Of a stretch of DNA of 64,000 bases, positions 40,965 to 51,377 are shown in pieces. The stretch covers positions 1 to 64,000 of the IMG/VR virus record IMGVR_UViG_3300050821_017219. One strand, given 5' to 3'. This DNA comes from a virus. Made by a program: the position numbers and the translations under genes. Within the stretch, counting starts at the first letter, position 1, and the number at the start of each line of letters is the position of its first letter. A model generated the notes under the pieces. The model was not told the DNA's origin. It saw only the letters and a program-made list of their open reading frames with translations, and made no database searches.

Positions 40965-43586
40965 GTGGCTAGTAAAGCGAGTCGACAACGAATTGTATCG
41001 TCGTGGTTACCGCAAATGAACGCCCTTCCAACCGGCGTCGCCTACGACGCTCGCGCGCATCTCGCCGAATGCGATAGGTGTCCGCTCGGTGGGAATGTTG
41101 TCGTTCCCCCCGACCCCCCGCGTCGGGCGTTGAAGCTCATCGTAATTGGCGAAGGCCCAGGCCGTTTAGAAGAACGATACGGAAGAGCCTTCGTCGGTCC
41201 GAGCGGCAAGATGCTCGATGCGGCGCTGCTCGAAGCCGGCGGCCATCGCCAAAACAGCTACGTCACCAACGTCATGCTTTGCCGCGTCGACGACGACAAG
41301 CAGATGGATGCAGCCATCGCCTGTTGCGCGCCACGTCTCGCCAAAGAATTGTCTGAATTGCCATCAGACATACCGATTCTATCGCTTGGCGCTGGCGCCT
41401 CTCGGATGACCATCGGCAAGTCGGGCATCCAAAAGTATCGCGGCTTCGTCTGGAAGGCGCCAGAGATAAAACAACAACAGATAAGAAATGCTGAAAGGCT
41501 TTACGAAAAACGCATCGAAAAAAAGCGAAGCCTCAAAGACGTCGAGAAGGCGTTGAACAGCTGGACGATTCTGAAGGCGAGACAGCAGATTCAAGGCCGA
41601 ACCGTTATTCCGACAGTACATCCGGCCTACTTGCTTAGGGGTGCAGACGGGTGGTATCCGATCTTCCGCGTGGACGTCAAGCGCGCCATCGCCTTGTCGC
41701 TGAATCCTCATACGATTCTCGAAGATGAAGGCGCGTTCGTCAAGACGACGTCGCCGAAGGAGGCAGCAAAACTACTCCGAGGCTTCTCGCAAACAGTCTT
41801 GGTCGACATCGAGACCGACGCCCCCGACGCCATGCGAGCCGGCATCACCTGCGTTGGCGTCGCCGACGTCGGCGATCCGACCAAGATTGTCGTGATGGAT
41901 CGCCGCAGCGAAAATCATCCGTGGCCTCGTGGCTTCATCAAAGTGTTGAAGCGATTCTTGCGCCGCCGAACCGTCGTCGGCCACAACATCAAAAACTTCG
42001 ACGAGCCGGTATTGAACCGCTACGGCATCTTTCTCGGCAGCGTCGAGGATACACTAGTGGCGCATCGAAGTTACGCGAGTCATTTGCCGCAGTCGCTGGC
42101 GCACGTAGCTTCGGTTTATTGCACGAGCGCGCCGTGGAAGTTGAAATTCAAGACGTCGGAAGAGAAAGGAGCGGTCGCTGGGTTTGGCGTCAAGGCAGAG
42201 GACCTCGCCATGTACAACGCCGCTGACTGTAGGCTCAACGCCTTCGCTTGGTTGCGGATGCAACCCGACTTGAAGCGAGAGATGAGCGTCTACCGCGACG
42301 ACACGGCGATGGCGGGGCTGTTCAGCCAGATGCAGCGGACCGGATTGCTTGTCGACGTCGAGAAGCAGCGTCAGCTCTCCAAGAAGTTGAAGCATCGCGC
42401 CGCCGCTTTGGTAGGTGAGATGCGCCAACTATTGCGCCGCCGCCAATTCAGCCCCGGTAAAACGGCCGACATCCGCAAGGCGTTGTACGGTCAGCTGAAG
42501 GCACCGCTTTGGCTCGCCCCGCCAACCCCCACCGGCCTTCCATCGACCGCCGCCATCGTCTTGGAGGCCCTAAAGGAGAGCGACACGCGCGCCGGCAAGC
42601 TCGCCGACTTGATCATCCGCTGGCGCTCCGCCAATGACAGCCGCAGCGAATACTTGGACGTGTATGTTCACCCTGATGGCCGCGTCAAACCAAGTTGGGG
42701 GCAAGTCGAAACTGGGCGGCCCCGCACGCGTGGGCCGAACATCCTCAACATCCCCCGCATCGCTTTCTGCTCGGGTTGCGGCGCGAAGCTGCTCGACGGC
42801 GTCATCCACAAAGACACCTGCAAAAAACGAGACGTACCGCAACCGGAGGAGATGCTCCGCGACATCTACGTTTGCGCGCCGGGGTGTAGCTTTGTTTACT
42901 ATGATATTTCTCAGGCGGAGATGCGCCTAGCGGCCTATCTGTCTGATGACGAAAACTTCATCGCGTCGTGCGCGAAGGATATCCATACGGAGAACGCATG
43001 CGTGTTGTTCCCCGATGGCGCCGACTTGATCAGAAGTGATCCGCAGGGTCGAGGCAAGAAGTTCCGTGAGATCGCAAAAAGCTGCGGTTTCGCAGTCAGC
43101 TACCTCGCGGAGGCGCCTAAGATTTTCGCTACGCTCCGAGGAAAAGGTTTCGACGTGTCGATGGATGACGTCGAGACGATGCTCGACAACCTTCGCTCGT
43201 CCTACCGGCGCTACTACGCCTACGTCGAAGGCAACGTCGAGTTTTGCCGCAAGCATGGGTTTCTCAGAACGCCATTCGCCGGTCGGATCAGGTGGCTTGG
43301 TTATTTCCCCCGACCTACGCAGGTGGCCAACTTTCCGATTCAGTCGGGCGTCGCCGACATCGTCAACCGACGGCTCTTGGAGATGGAGAAGAGACGCACT
43401 AAAAACGCTCGGTTGGTCGTCTACCACTACGATGCTGCGATCTACGAGACGCCAGCTGCGGAGGTCGAGACGATGAAAGGTCTCATCAAGGAATTGTGGG
43501 AGGAACCGGTGGTCGTTCCGACGAACGGGCGCAGCTTCGTACTACCGATTGAGCTCAAAGATGGGAGTAGGTTGAGTGACTTCTGA
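40965..43586 (+). CDS. polA: Family A DNA polymerase with N-terminal family-4 uracil-DNA-glycosylase domain and 3'-5' exonuclease
   Basis: CDRCPL, IGEGPG..E...G.AFVGPSG, HPAYLLR (UDG4); DIET, GHNIKNFD (exo); YDISQAEMR, R..AK...F...Y, NFPIQS (pol). Confidence 0.92.
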   Translation: MASKASRQRIVSSWLPQMNALPTGVAYDARAHLAECDRCPLGGNVVVPPDPPRRALKLIVIGEGPGRLEERYGRAFVGPSGKMLDAALLEAGGHRQNSYVTNVMLCRVDDDKQMDAAIACCAPRLAKELSELPSDIPILSLGAGASRMTIGKSGIQKYRGFVWKAPEIKQQQIRNAERLYEKRIEKKRSLKDVEKALNSWTILKARQQIQGRTVIPTVHPAYLLRGADGWYPIFRVDVKRAIALSLNPHTILEDEGAFVKTTSPKEAAKLLRGFSQTVLVDIETDAPDAMRAGITCVGVADVGDPTKIVVMDRRSENHPWPRGFIKVLKRFLRRRTVVGHNIKNFDEPVLNRYGIFLGSVEDTLVAHRSYASHLPQSLAHVASVYCTSAPWKLKFKTSEEKGAVAGFGVKAEDLAMYNAADCRLNAFAWLRMQPDLKREMSVYRDDTAMAGLFSQMQRTGLLVDVEKQRQLSKKLKHRAAALVGEMRQLLRRRQFSPGKTADIRKALYGQLKAPLWLAPPTPTGLPSTAAIVLEALKESDTRAGKLADLIIRWRSANDSRSEYLDVYVHPDGRVKPSWGQVETGRPRTRGPNILNIPRIAFCSGCGAKLLDGVIHKDTCKKRDVPQPEEMLRDIYVCAPGCSFVYYDISQAEMRLAAYLSDDENFIASCAKDIHTENACVLFPDGADLIRSDPQGRGKKFREIAKSCGFAVSYLAEAPKIFATLRGKGFDVSMDDVETMLDNLRSSYRRYYAYVEGNVEFCRKHGFLRTPFAGRIRWLGYFPRPTQVANFPIQSGVADIVNRRLLEMEKRRTKNARLVVYHYDAAIYETPAAEVETMKGLIKELWEEPVVVPTNGRSFVLPIELKDGSRLSDF

Positions 43587-43730
43587 AAGCGACAAACCTG
43601 ATGCTCGCGAGCGAGAGCAGACGGCCCGCGCTTTGATCGTACGTCTTCGCGACAAGGCGTTTCTATACTCGGCCGACCCGATTCTTGAAGAGGCGGCTGA
43701 CGAAATAGAACGCCTGCTGTCGGAGACGAA

Positions 43731-44507
43731 ATGACCACCGACAAGCAGCTGACACGCGAAGACTTGTCGCCGGACCAGCGCGAGGTCTACGAAGCGATAA
43801 TTAGATGGTGCCACGGTAGCCTCGGCGAACGTTATGGCAACTCGATGCTTCTCACGATCGGCGGATTTGCTGGCGTTGGAAAATCTAGCCTTTTAGGCGT
43901 CTTCGCAGCCGAGACCAAGCTGCGCGTCGCCTACTGCGCCTTCACCGGCCGAGCCGCATCTGTCTTGCAGCGAAAACTCCGCGCCGCTGGCTGCAACGCA
44001 GCGGTGACGACAATCCACCGCCTAATTTATCTTCCGGTCATCGATTCAAAAACCGAAGAAGTCTTAGGCTGGAAGAAGCGACAGCATCTCGACGGTATCG
44101 ACTTGATTGTCATCGATGAAGCGTCGATGGTCAGCGGTAAGATGCTTGACGACTTGAAAATCTATGGCAAGCCGATCCTCGCCGTCGGCGACCACGGCCA
44201 ACTCCCACCGGTGATGGATTCGGGCGACTTGATGAAGAACCCCGACTTGAGGCTTGAAAAAATACATCGCCAAGCTGAGTCATCGCCGATTATTCAATTC
44301 TCGAAGGTTGTTCGCGAGACCGGCTGCCTCGATCGGCGGTTGGCCGATGGCGACAAGATTCGTTTTGCGTCGAGACGTGACATTGAATCTGTTTTGGCTG
44401 ATGCTTACAGATTCGTCGATCCTAGCTGGGAGCTCGTCTCCTACGCGTATCAAGAGCCGGGCTATGCGCTGATGTTCTTCAAACGGCAGCGAAAGGAAAA
44501 CACATGA
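43731..44507 (+). CDS. Dda/RecD-like SF1 helicase, N-terminal half only (possible truncation)
   Basis: GFAGVGKS; TTIHRLIY; IDEASMV; GDHGQLPPV; LEKIHRQ; no motif V/VI domain. Confidence 0.75.
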   Translation: MTTDKQLTREDLSPDQREVYEAIIRWCHGSLGERYGNSMLLTIGGFAGVGKSSLLGVFAAETKLRVAYCAFTGRAASVLQRKLRAAGCNAAVTTIHRLIYLPVIDSKTEEVLGWKKRQHLDGIDLIVIDEASMVSGKMLDDLKIYGKPILAVGDHGQLPPVMDSGDLMKNPDLRLEKIHRQAESSPIIQFSKVVRETGCLDRRLADGDKIRFASRRDIESVLADAYRFVDPSWELVSYAYQEPGYALMFFKRQRKENT

Positions 44508-44775
44508 GAGTCAACATTTACGCCGAAGAGATGACAGACCGCGTCGAGATCATCTCGAAGGAAATTGAAGGTCAGAAGTTCACCGGGTTGCGCCTCTACT
44601 TGGAGCTGCCAGTTACGTTACCGCCAGAAATGGGAGTCGGTAGCGTGAGGGGACCGTTTCTGCATCACGCGGGCGACGACGACTCGGCGGCGGTGACCTT
44701 CTGGGGGAAGCGTGACCTCCGAGACGTTTTGCGCAAGATGCTCACGATGCTCGATGAGCACTACGCGAAGGGCGC

Positions 44776-44806
44776 TTGACAGAAACCGGAAGCGAGCTCA
44801 TCATTG
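44776..44806 (+). promoter_or_regulatory. Conserved promoter copy 1
   Basis: TTGACA-N8-AAGC-N3-CTCATCATTG; same spacing as 50770. Confidence 0.6.
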
Positions 44807-44814
44807 GAGGCAAC

Positions 44815-45486
44815 ATGAGCGACTGGAGCGAGGCTGAGTATCAAAACGCGTACGCCGATCCACCAGACCCGGAAGACGAGGAAGAAGACATGGACGAGTT
44901 GAGCCACTTTCGACGCATCGGAGGCGCAGAAGGCGCCGCCAAGCGAACCGGCGCTGGCTTCAACCGCGGCGCATCCAAACAAGACTATGCGACGCCTGTC
45001 GAATTCATCAAGGCCGTCAAGCGTAAATTCGCCATCAAGCGCTTCGCGTTTGATCTCGCTGCGACGCGCGACAACGCCGTCGACAACCTCGGACCGGCCG
45101 ATCTTTATCTCGGACCCGACCACACCAACGCAACGTGCCGCGACGCGCTCACGTTCGCTTGGTCGAGACTGCCGAATGGTGACCTATGGCTCAACCCGCC
45201 ATTTTCGCGCATCGAGCCATGGGCCAAAAAGTCTTACGAGTCATCTCTGATTCGTTTGAATGCTTCTGATTTGCCGCCGACGCCTCGACTGTTTCTGCTG
45301 ATCCCCGCCGCCGTCGGAGCCAACTGGTGGTCGCGGTGGGTTCACAAGAAGTGTCGCGTTTACTTCTTGAATGGGCGCATCAGCTTCGACGGAAAGAATG
45401 GGTATCCGAAGGATTGTGCGATTTGCTTGTATGGCGCGCCTATTGGCTATCGCGTCTGGCGTTGGAAGGAGACGAAGGCGAAATGA
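44815..45486 (+). CDS. Phage DNA N6-adenine methyltransferase (Dam-like)
   Basis: DYATP; FDLAA..DNA; WLNPPFS. Confidence 0.85.
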   Translation: MSDWSEAEYQNAYADPPDPEDEEEDMDELSHFRRIGGAEGAAKRTGAGFNRGASKQDYATPVEFIKAVKRKFAIKRFAFDLAATRDNAVDNLGPADLYLGPDHTNATCRDALTFAWSRLPNGDLWLNPPFSRIEPWAKKSYESSLIRLNASDLPPTPRLFLLIPAAVGANWWSRWVHKKCRVYFLNGRISFDGKNGYPKDCAICLYGAPIGYRVWRWKETKAK

Positions 45487-46152
45487 AACTGACAGACGAA
45501 GAGTTGCGCCGTCTTCGGTTGGAGACGCCGCGTGGCGTAACGCGAGAGGCATTCGCCGAATATCTAACGCGCGAGCGATTCAACGATATCATCGATGAGC
45601 TGCTCGCGGCGCGGCGTGTCGTCGAAGCGGCGAGGCAACATCTCGTTGCAGCTGTTTCGCAGCAAAGAATAATCGACGCCATCGTCGACTACGACAAGGC
45701 GACGCGATGACACCGACGACAATGCCTATCTGCGGCGTCAAACTTCGCGACTCCGGCGTCTGCGGTAGCGCCGCCACCTGGGTGGTCGTCACCCCCTGGA
45801 ATCAACGCCGACTCGTCTGCGACGACTGCGCGCGTCACTACGCAGCAGTGTCGGGGTTCATCGCAAGGCCGATCGACCAGGTCTGTGATAGCTGCAATCA
45901 ACCGCTGCCGAAGAACTACGGCTTCTATTGCTGGTGTGGTTCAGCGACCAACGTCAAGCGTTACAACGTCGACGGCTTGTGGTTCACGTTGTGTGAAACA
46001 CATCAGCCGCTACGGCTGTCTATTCTCTGGCGTCGGCTGTGGCTTCGTCTGAAATTTCGATTGATTAGTCTTTTCAAGAAGCCGAAGGAGATGTCTGCTG
46101 CAGACATCGCTGATTTGACGGAGATGGCGCGACGGCGCGCGAAGGGAAGCAA

Positions 46153-46800
46153 ATGAATCTTATCGGCATCTGCGGTCGAGCCGGCGCAGGAAAGGATACT
46201 GCCGCCGACGTCTTGGTGAAGGATTTCGGCCACGTCAAAGTCGCCTTGGCCGACCCGATGAAACGCGCATGCGCTGAATGGTTCGGCTGGGATGAACAAA
46301 CGCTGTGGGGTCCAAGTGAACGGCGGAACGAGCCTCACGCGCGTCTCGGTGGTCTGACGCCGCGTCACGCGCTGCAGACGCTCGGCACCGAGTGGGGTCG
46401 CCGATGCTACAAAGACGTTTGGGTAGACATCGCGATCCGAACGGCGGCGAAGCTGCTGGACAATCAAACGCTATCGCAAATTGACCGGCGAGATGGGCAA
46501 TGGATGTATAATCCACAAGAAGGCGCGTACTGGCTTTATTTCAACGTAGAGACTTTGCCGCAACACCGCGGCGTCGTCATCTCCGACGTGCGCTTCCCGA
46601 ACGAAGTCGCCGCCATCAAAGCCGCCGGAGGCCGCATCTGGAAAATCGTTCGGTCTGAGTGGTCTATAAAAGACTTCGCGTGGAAACACCACGCGAGCGA
46701 ATCATACGCCGACGGTATCGAAGCTGATCTCGACATCGCCAACGTCGGGTCGCTCGAAACGTTCCAACAGATGATTCGAGATTTGATGAGGACGGGATGA
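46153..46800 (+). CDS. Deoxynucleoside monophosphate kinase
   Basis: GRAGAGKDT; ADPMK; PR.ALQ.LGTEWGR; ISDVRFPNE; H.SE. Confidence 0.88.
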   Translation: MNLIGICGRAGAGKDTAADVLVKDFGHVKVALADPMKRACAEWFGWDEQTLWGPSERRNEPHARLGGLTPRHALQTLGTEWGRRCYKDVWVDIAIRTAAKLLDNQTLSQIDRRDGQWMYNPQEGAYWLYFNVETLPQHRGVVISDVRFPNEVAAIKAAGGRIWKIVRSEWSIKDFAWKHHASESYADGIEADLDIANVGSLETFQQMIRDLMRTG

Positions 46801-47567
46801 CGAATCGAACCGACTGTATTTACGTCTTAGATCACGGCTTCGTCAAAGTCGTCGAATCGTGGGGGAGCGACGAGCGCATCATCGAAGCCGCGCGGATGTC
46901 GACGGGGAAGGGCTTCTTGGGATGGGGGCCGAAGCATTCGAGCGAATGCGCATGCGGCGGAAATGTCGATGCTGATTCGACTTGCGTTGGCGTCTCCGGC
47001 GACGAGAAGTTGCTTCGCTATCTCTACGAGAACAAGCACGCGACCCCCTTCGAGTTCGCCGGTCTCATCGTCGAGGTGCAAGCGCCTATCTTCGTCTTTC
47101 GAGAATGGTTGCGCCATCGGACACAAAGTTTCAACGAAATGTCCGCTCGTTACACGCCGCTGCCCGACCTCAACTACATTCCAACCGTCGAAAGATTGCT
47201 CATCCAAAGCGGCACCAACAAGCAAGCGGCTTCGACCGGCGCGACGCTGACGGAAGAAAACGCCAAACGCTTTCAGAAGCAACTCGGCGAAGTCTATCGT
47301 CACCAGCAAGACATCTACGAGAACGCGCTCGCCGCTGGTGTTCCGAAAGAACTGGCGCGGATTCATCTCCCCGTCGGCCGCTACAGCCGCATGCGCGCAT
47401 CGGCGAATCTCCGCAACTGGCTTGCCTTCCTGACGCTACGGATGGCCCCAACGGCTCAATTCGAGATTCGCCAATACGCCGACTGTGTTTGTCAAATTGT
47501 CAGAGAGAAGTTTCCGCGCACGTGGCAGCTATTTATCGAAGCAGATGAAGCATCAAGACGCCGATGA
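46797..47567 (+). CDS. thyX: FAD-dependent thymidylate synthase
   Basis: H.TPFE; REWLRHRTQSFNEMSARY; ELARIHLP; NLRNW; AQFEIR. Confidence 0.95.
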   Translation: MTNRTDCIYVLDHGFVKVVESWGSDERIIEAARMSTGKGFLGWGPKHSSECACGGNVDADSTCVGVSGDEKLLRYLYENKHATPFEFAGLIVEVQAPIFVFREWLRHRTQSFNEMSARYTPLPDLNYIPTVERLLIQSGTNKQAASTGATLTEENAKRFQKQLGEVYRHQQDIYENALAAGVPKELARIHLPVGRYSRMRASANLRNWLAFLTLRMAPTAQFEIRQYADCVCQIVREKFPRTWQLFIEADEASRRR

Positions 47568-48094
47568 TTCGTCTCACTGCCATCATCTGCTTCACAATGA
47601 CGACGTCGTGTCTTGACTATCCATCGTCTTACTCCGTCGGCATCTCCGGCTTCACCACCGACCGCAAAGCCGTCGTCATCGAGGCCATCGACAAGTGGAG
47701 CGACGCCACCGACGCGCGCCTCGTCACCTACGACGGCTGCGATGGCAACAGCGACAACGACATCTGCGTTTACGGCATCGACAACGCCGAGACGGCCCGA
47801 CGTGGCTTCGTCGACGCTCATCAGCCGCGACTTGGCTTCACTTACATCATGACGCGCCAAAATCCGTTCGACCCGTTCGGACCGCAGGTCTTCATCAACA
47901 ACGACAAGACGGGCCTACTCGGCGTCTTGAGCCACGTCGTGCAGCACGAGATGGGGCACGCGATGGGATTGGAGCACACCGGCGTCGGGACGGTCATGTA
48001 CCACGCCACCAGCGGCATCGTCGAAACGCAGACGGTGGCAGCGCAAGACGTGACGACGGCAGACGTAGAGCAGTGGCGGAGGCTACGGAGGTAG
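47564..48094 (+). CDS. Matrixin-like (metzincin) zinc metalloprotease, probable lipoprotein
   Basis: HEMGHAMGLEH plus Met-turn VMY; N-terminal signal ending TTSC. Confidence 0.85.
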   Translation: MIRLTAIICFTMTTSCLDYPSSYSVGISGFTTDRKAVVIEAIDKWSDATDARLVTYDGCDGNSDNDICVYGIDNAETARRGFVDAHQPRLGFTYIMTRQNPFDPFGPQVFINNDKTGLLGVLSHVVQHEMGHAMGLEHTGVGTVMYHATSGIVETQTVAAQDVTTADVEQWRRLRR

Positions 48095-48227
48095 AATGTT
48101 TCGCTTTATCGTTTCGTCGGTGGTCGAGCGCGTTGTCTTCGCGCTGCCGCTCTACCTGTCGGCCCGACGGCTTGGATTGAGTCGATGGCGAGCGCTCCGC
48201 ATCGCTGTAGCGCCGTTGAAGAAGTAA

Positions 48228-48620
48228 ATGAAAGCCGATAGTTCAATCGCGCTTGTCATTAGCTGGTACGCCCAACCGATGCTTTTGGCCGTTCGCGAAC
48301 CACGTGGTTTGTGTTTGCCAGGTGGAAAAGTAGAGCCCGATGAGACGCCACAAGCAGCGTGCTGCCGTGAGCTTCGCGAAGAGACCGGCATCAAAACATT
48401 ACCTGGGCACATCGTCTATATCGCCGAGGGCTTGAGCGGCACCGAAGACGATCGGTTGGTGCGCATCTACCACGTCCGAGAAGCAATTCTACGTGGAGCG
48501 TGTGGTCAGTGGACGACCTTCGAGAAGCTGCTCGCCGAATCGCCGTTCGCCGACTTCTACAGGCGCCATCTGCCGAGCGGCATTGTTCACCTACCGCTGA
48601 CGCGCTTCCACGTTGGCTGA
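48228..48620 (+). CDS. NUDIX hydrolase
   Basis: GGKVEPDETPQAACCRELREETG Nudix box. Confidence 0.9.
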   Translation: MKADSSIALVISWYAQPMLLAVREPRGLCLPGGKVEPDETPQAACCRELREETGIKTLPGHIVYIAEGLSGTEDDRLVRIYHVREAILRGACGQWTTFEKLLAESPFADFYRRHLPSGIVHLPLTRFHVG

Positions 48621-48634
48621 GCTACACTGACGCC

Positions 48635-50773
48635 ATGCCTTCCACCCGCCTCTCCAGCGCCGAAAAGCCCACCATCGAAGGTCTCGTTGCAGAACGCCGC
48701 ACCTACGACGGCAAGTGGGTAGGATTTTGGAACGACGGTACGATCGTTGTCGGTCATCCGGTGGTGAACAAAACGATCGCGCGGAACGTACCCAAAGCGC
48801 TCTGGTTTATCATCGCCGATGACGTTTCGCTCTACGACGAAGCTGAACTAAAAGGACTCGTCAAAGCGGCGCGGAAGGCATATGACCTCCACAAGCGCGA
48901 GCCACATCGAGTCCGAAGCGAAGATCTACTCCGTCTCATGCGTTCGTATGCGCCGCCAACGCATGCGGCAGCATCAGAGACGACGCGTCTCTCCAGCGGC
49001 GACGTCTCCTCGTCCGATCGCCCGACGACGACCCCCGACGAGTCCGGCCCCCGCATCGTCGCCGCCGGTACCTACGAGGCGGTGCTGCGCCGTTGTCTCT
49101 CAGATTTAGGATCGAACGACCCGGACATCTTGCTGCGGATGAGCGGCGACTTCTGGAAGCGTTGCCGCGACGCCGGAGTCGATCCGAAGGTGGCGGCGAC
49201 GACCATCTACACCGCCGAGCGGCATCACCATGAAGTCGCGCGCGTCGTGATCAAAGAAGCATCCGAAACATCTTCAGCGTCAGAATCGCCAACGATGCTC
49301 GGCGAAGAGTGGGAAGTCATCGTCAGGCGTCACGGCGCATCGATGAACAAGATCGTCGAAGCTGCTGGTAAGAAGGCTGACGCCGTCGAAGGCCCGAACG
49401 TCATCTTCGGAGACTTCCGCGACGATGAGAAGGCAGCGGCGTTTGCGCGCAAGATGACGAAGGCTGGTTTTGTTAGCTACTATGGCCCGCACAAACAAAT
49501 CTCTGCTGAGGCCAAAGAGACTTCGACGTCGCCGTTTCAGCGGCCAGACGCGCTAACGCATGCGCGCGGCTACTACAAGCAGTATCTACAGGTCGAGAAG
49601 GAAGATCCGGGCGGTCTCCACTCGAGCGAGCTTCGCGGCTACCTTCTCGCGCAATTGCTTCGCCAAGATGGATCGATCCCCACCTGGGATGAAGCGGTCG
49701 CGCTGATCGATGGCGGCGCCGAATTGTCGGACGCAGAAATCGCCGCCATCGCCGCCGCTGTCGTCGCCTCGGGTGGATCGACCGACAAAAACGTGGAGAA
49801 GCTAGGCGGAAGATCATTCAGTCACTATGGCGCGCCACGACGATTGACCGACCACGAATTGGCGCGCGTGCAGCAATGTATCCACGCAGCAGACGAAGCA
49901 ACCGAAGCCGACGACAAAAAACCAGACTGGGCGCAGCGCCGTTTCCTCAAGCTGATCAAAGAGGTCCGCACCAACGGCGGGCGCGCCCGAATCGCCGACC
50001 TGCGCGATCGCCTTCCATTGCTATCGAAGTCGGAGTTCGATCAGACGCTCGTACGGATGCAGCGCGAGGGCTTCATCGTACTCTACCCCATCGACAACCC
50101 TCAAGAGATGAAGCAGCGCGACATCGACTCCGCCGTGAGCATCGCCGGTGACCCGCGGATGCTTATCTACATCGAGCCGGCGTGGGAGAGCTTCGTAGTC
50201 AACGAGGCTGAGGAGATGCCGCGCGGCGAAGGTGGCGTGCAGTCGCAAATCGCAGCGCGAATGCAGCCGGTTGAAGTAACGCCAGACAAATCAGCTTGTG
50301 TGACGTGCATCCCATGGATCAAAGTCTCTCGCGACCCCGCGCAGCACGCGGCCATCGCTGAGCTCGCGAAGAAGTTCGGCAAGATCCGAACGCCGCGCGA
50401 TGTCTACGCCATCGTCGGCGACGACTTGAACCGCGAGACACAAGAGGTCTTCCTCGTCATCGCGCTGAACGTTCACTCGCGGCTGATGTGCGCCCCCTAC
50501 GAGATTGCACGAGGGCAGCGTGACCGAGTCGCCGTCGGCATCGACAACGTCATGGACGCCGCCTCCGACGCGCGATGCGCCGCCTTTCTAGTTTGCCATC
50601 AACATCCTGGAGACTCACCCGAGCCCTCCGAGGCCGACTGGAAGCTCTACAAGGATATCGTCAAGGCGACCCCACCTGGTAGAGTTTGTATCGACAGCCT
50701 CGTCGTCGGACCAGCGAGCATCTATAGCTGCGCCGAGAAAAAGCTCCACAAAATCGCTGCGTCGAGGCGTTGA
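48635..50773 (+). CDS. Multidomain protein with C-terminal RadC-like JAB domain
   Basis: QEVFLVIALN...HQHPGDSPEPSEAD; start refined to ATG 48635, 6 nt after TACACT. Confidence 0.78.
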   Translation: MPSTRLSSAEKPTIEGLVAERRTYDGKWVGFWNDGTIVVGHPVVNKTIARNVPKALWFIIADDVSLYDEAELKGLVKAARKAYDLHKREPHRVRSEDLLRLMRSYAPPTHAAASETTRLSSGDVSSSDRPTTTPDESGPRIVAAGTYEAVLRRCLSDLGSNDPDILLRMSGDFWKRCRDAGVDPKVAATTIYTAERHHHEVARVVIKEASETSSASESPTMLGEEWEVIVRRHGASMNKIVEAAGKKADAVEGPNVIFGDFRDDEKAAAFARKMTKAGFVSYYGPHKQISAEAKETSTSPFQRPDALTHARGYYKQYLQVEKEDPGGLHSSELRGYLLAQLLRQDGSIPTWDEAVALIDGGAELSDAEIAAIAAAVVASGGSTDKNVEKLGGRSFSHYGAPRRLTDHELARVQQCIHAADEATEADDKKPDWAQRRFLKLIKEVRTNGGRARIADLRDRLPLLSKSEFDQTLVRMQREGFIVLYPIDNPQEMKQRDIDSAVSIAGDPRMLIYIEPAWESFVVNEAEEMPRGEGGVQSQIAARMQPVEVTPDKSACVTCIPWIKVSRDPAQHAAIAELAKKFGKIRTPRDVYAIVGDDLNRETQEVFLVIALNVHSRLMCAPYEIARGQRDRVAVGIDNVMDAASDARCAAFLVCHQHPGDSPEPSEADWKLYKDIVKATPPGRVCIDSLVVGPASIYSCAEKKLHKIAASRR

Positions 50774-50800
50774 CTTTCGGCGCAAGCAGACTCATCATTG
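50770..50800 (+). promoter_or_regulatory. Conserved promoter copy 2
   Basis: TTGACT-N8-AAGC-N3-CTCATCATTG. Confidence 0.6.
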
Positions 50801-50831
50801 ACGACGCATCGATTCGTTGGAGAAAGAAAAA

Positions 50832-51377
50832 ATGACAGCCACGACAACGCCGACGCCGGTGACGCCAGAAGCCGCCGATGACATCGTCGACTTCGACGAG
50901 CGAAAATTCGAGACGCAGGAAGACTTCTCGAAGGCGCTCTTCAAGGAGATCCTCGATCGATCCGGCCTGGATTCGTTCGGAGACGTCCCGATCCCCAAGC
51001 GCGCCGTGTGGGAAGACCCCGGTGGGTCGCTGATGAACATCGAGATCAACGAGCCGTCGCCCTTCGACAAAAACTCCATCGTACTTGGGCTCTTCCACGA
51101 CGATGAAGAGGTGCGTGTCTATACCCTCCCGAAACAACGAGGCGAAGCGAAGCGCTACTGTCTCTCCAAGCGCGGTCGCACGTTCGTCGTCGAGACCTTC
51201 TCGTCGCTCGAGATGATCATCGACTCGTTGGCCGAAGAGTATCACGTCTTAGGTATCACTACCGAAGTCATCGACGACGATGACGACGACGACGAAGACG
51301 AAACTCCAGCGAATGGCGTCACAAACGATGGCGTTGCTGCAACGCCTTCGTCGGCAACGCCGTCGGTGACGTCGTGA
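50832..51377 (+). CDS. Acidic hypothetical protein
   Basis: GGAG SD; poly-Asp tail. Confidence 0.6.
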   Translation: MTATTTPTPVTPEAADDIVDFDERKFETQEDFSKALFKEILDRSGLDSFGDVPIPKRAVWEDPGGSLMNIEINEPSPFDKNSIVLGLFHDDEEVRVYTLPKQRGEAKRYCLSKRGRTFVVETFSSLEMIIDSLAEEYHVLGITTEVIDDDDDDDEDETPANGVTNDGVAATPSSATPSVTS

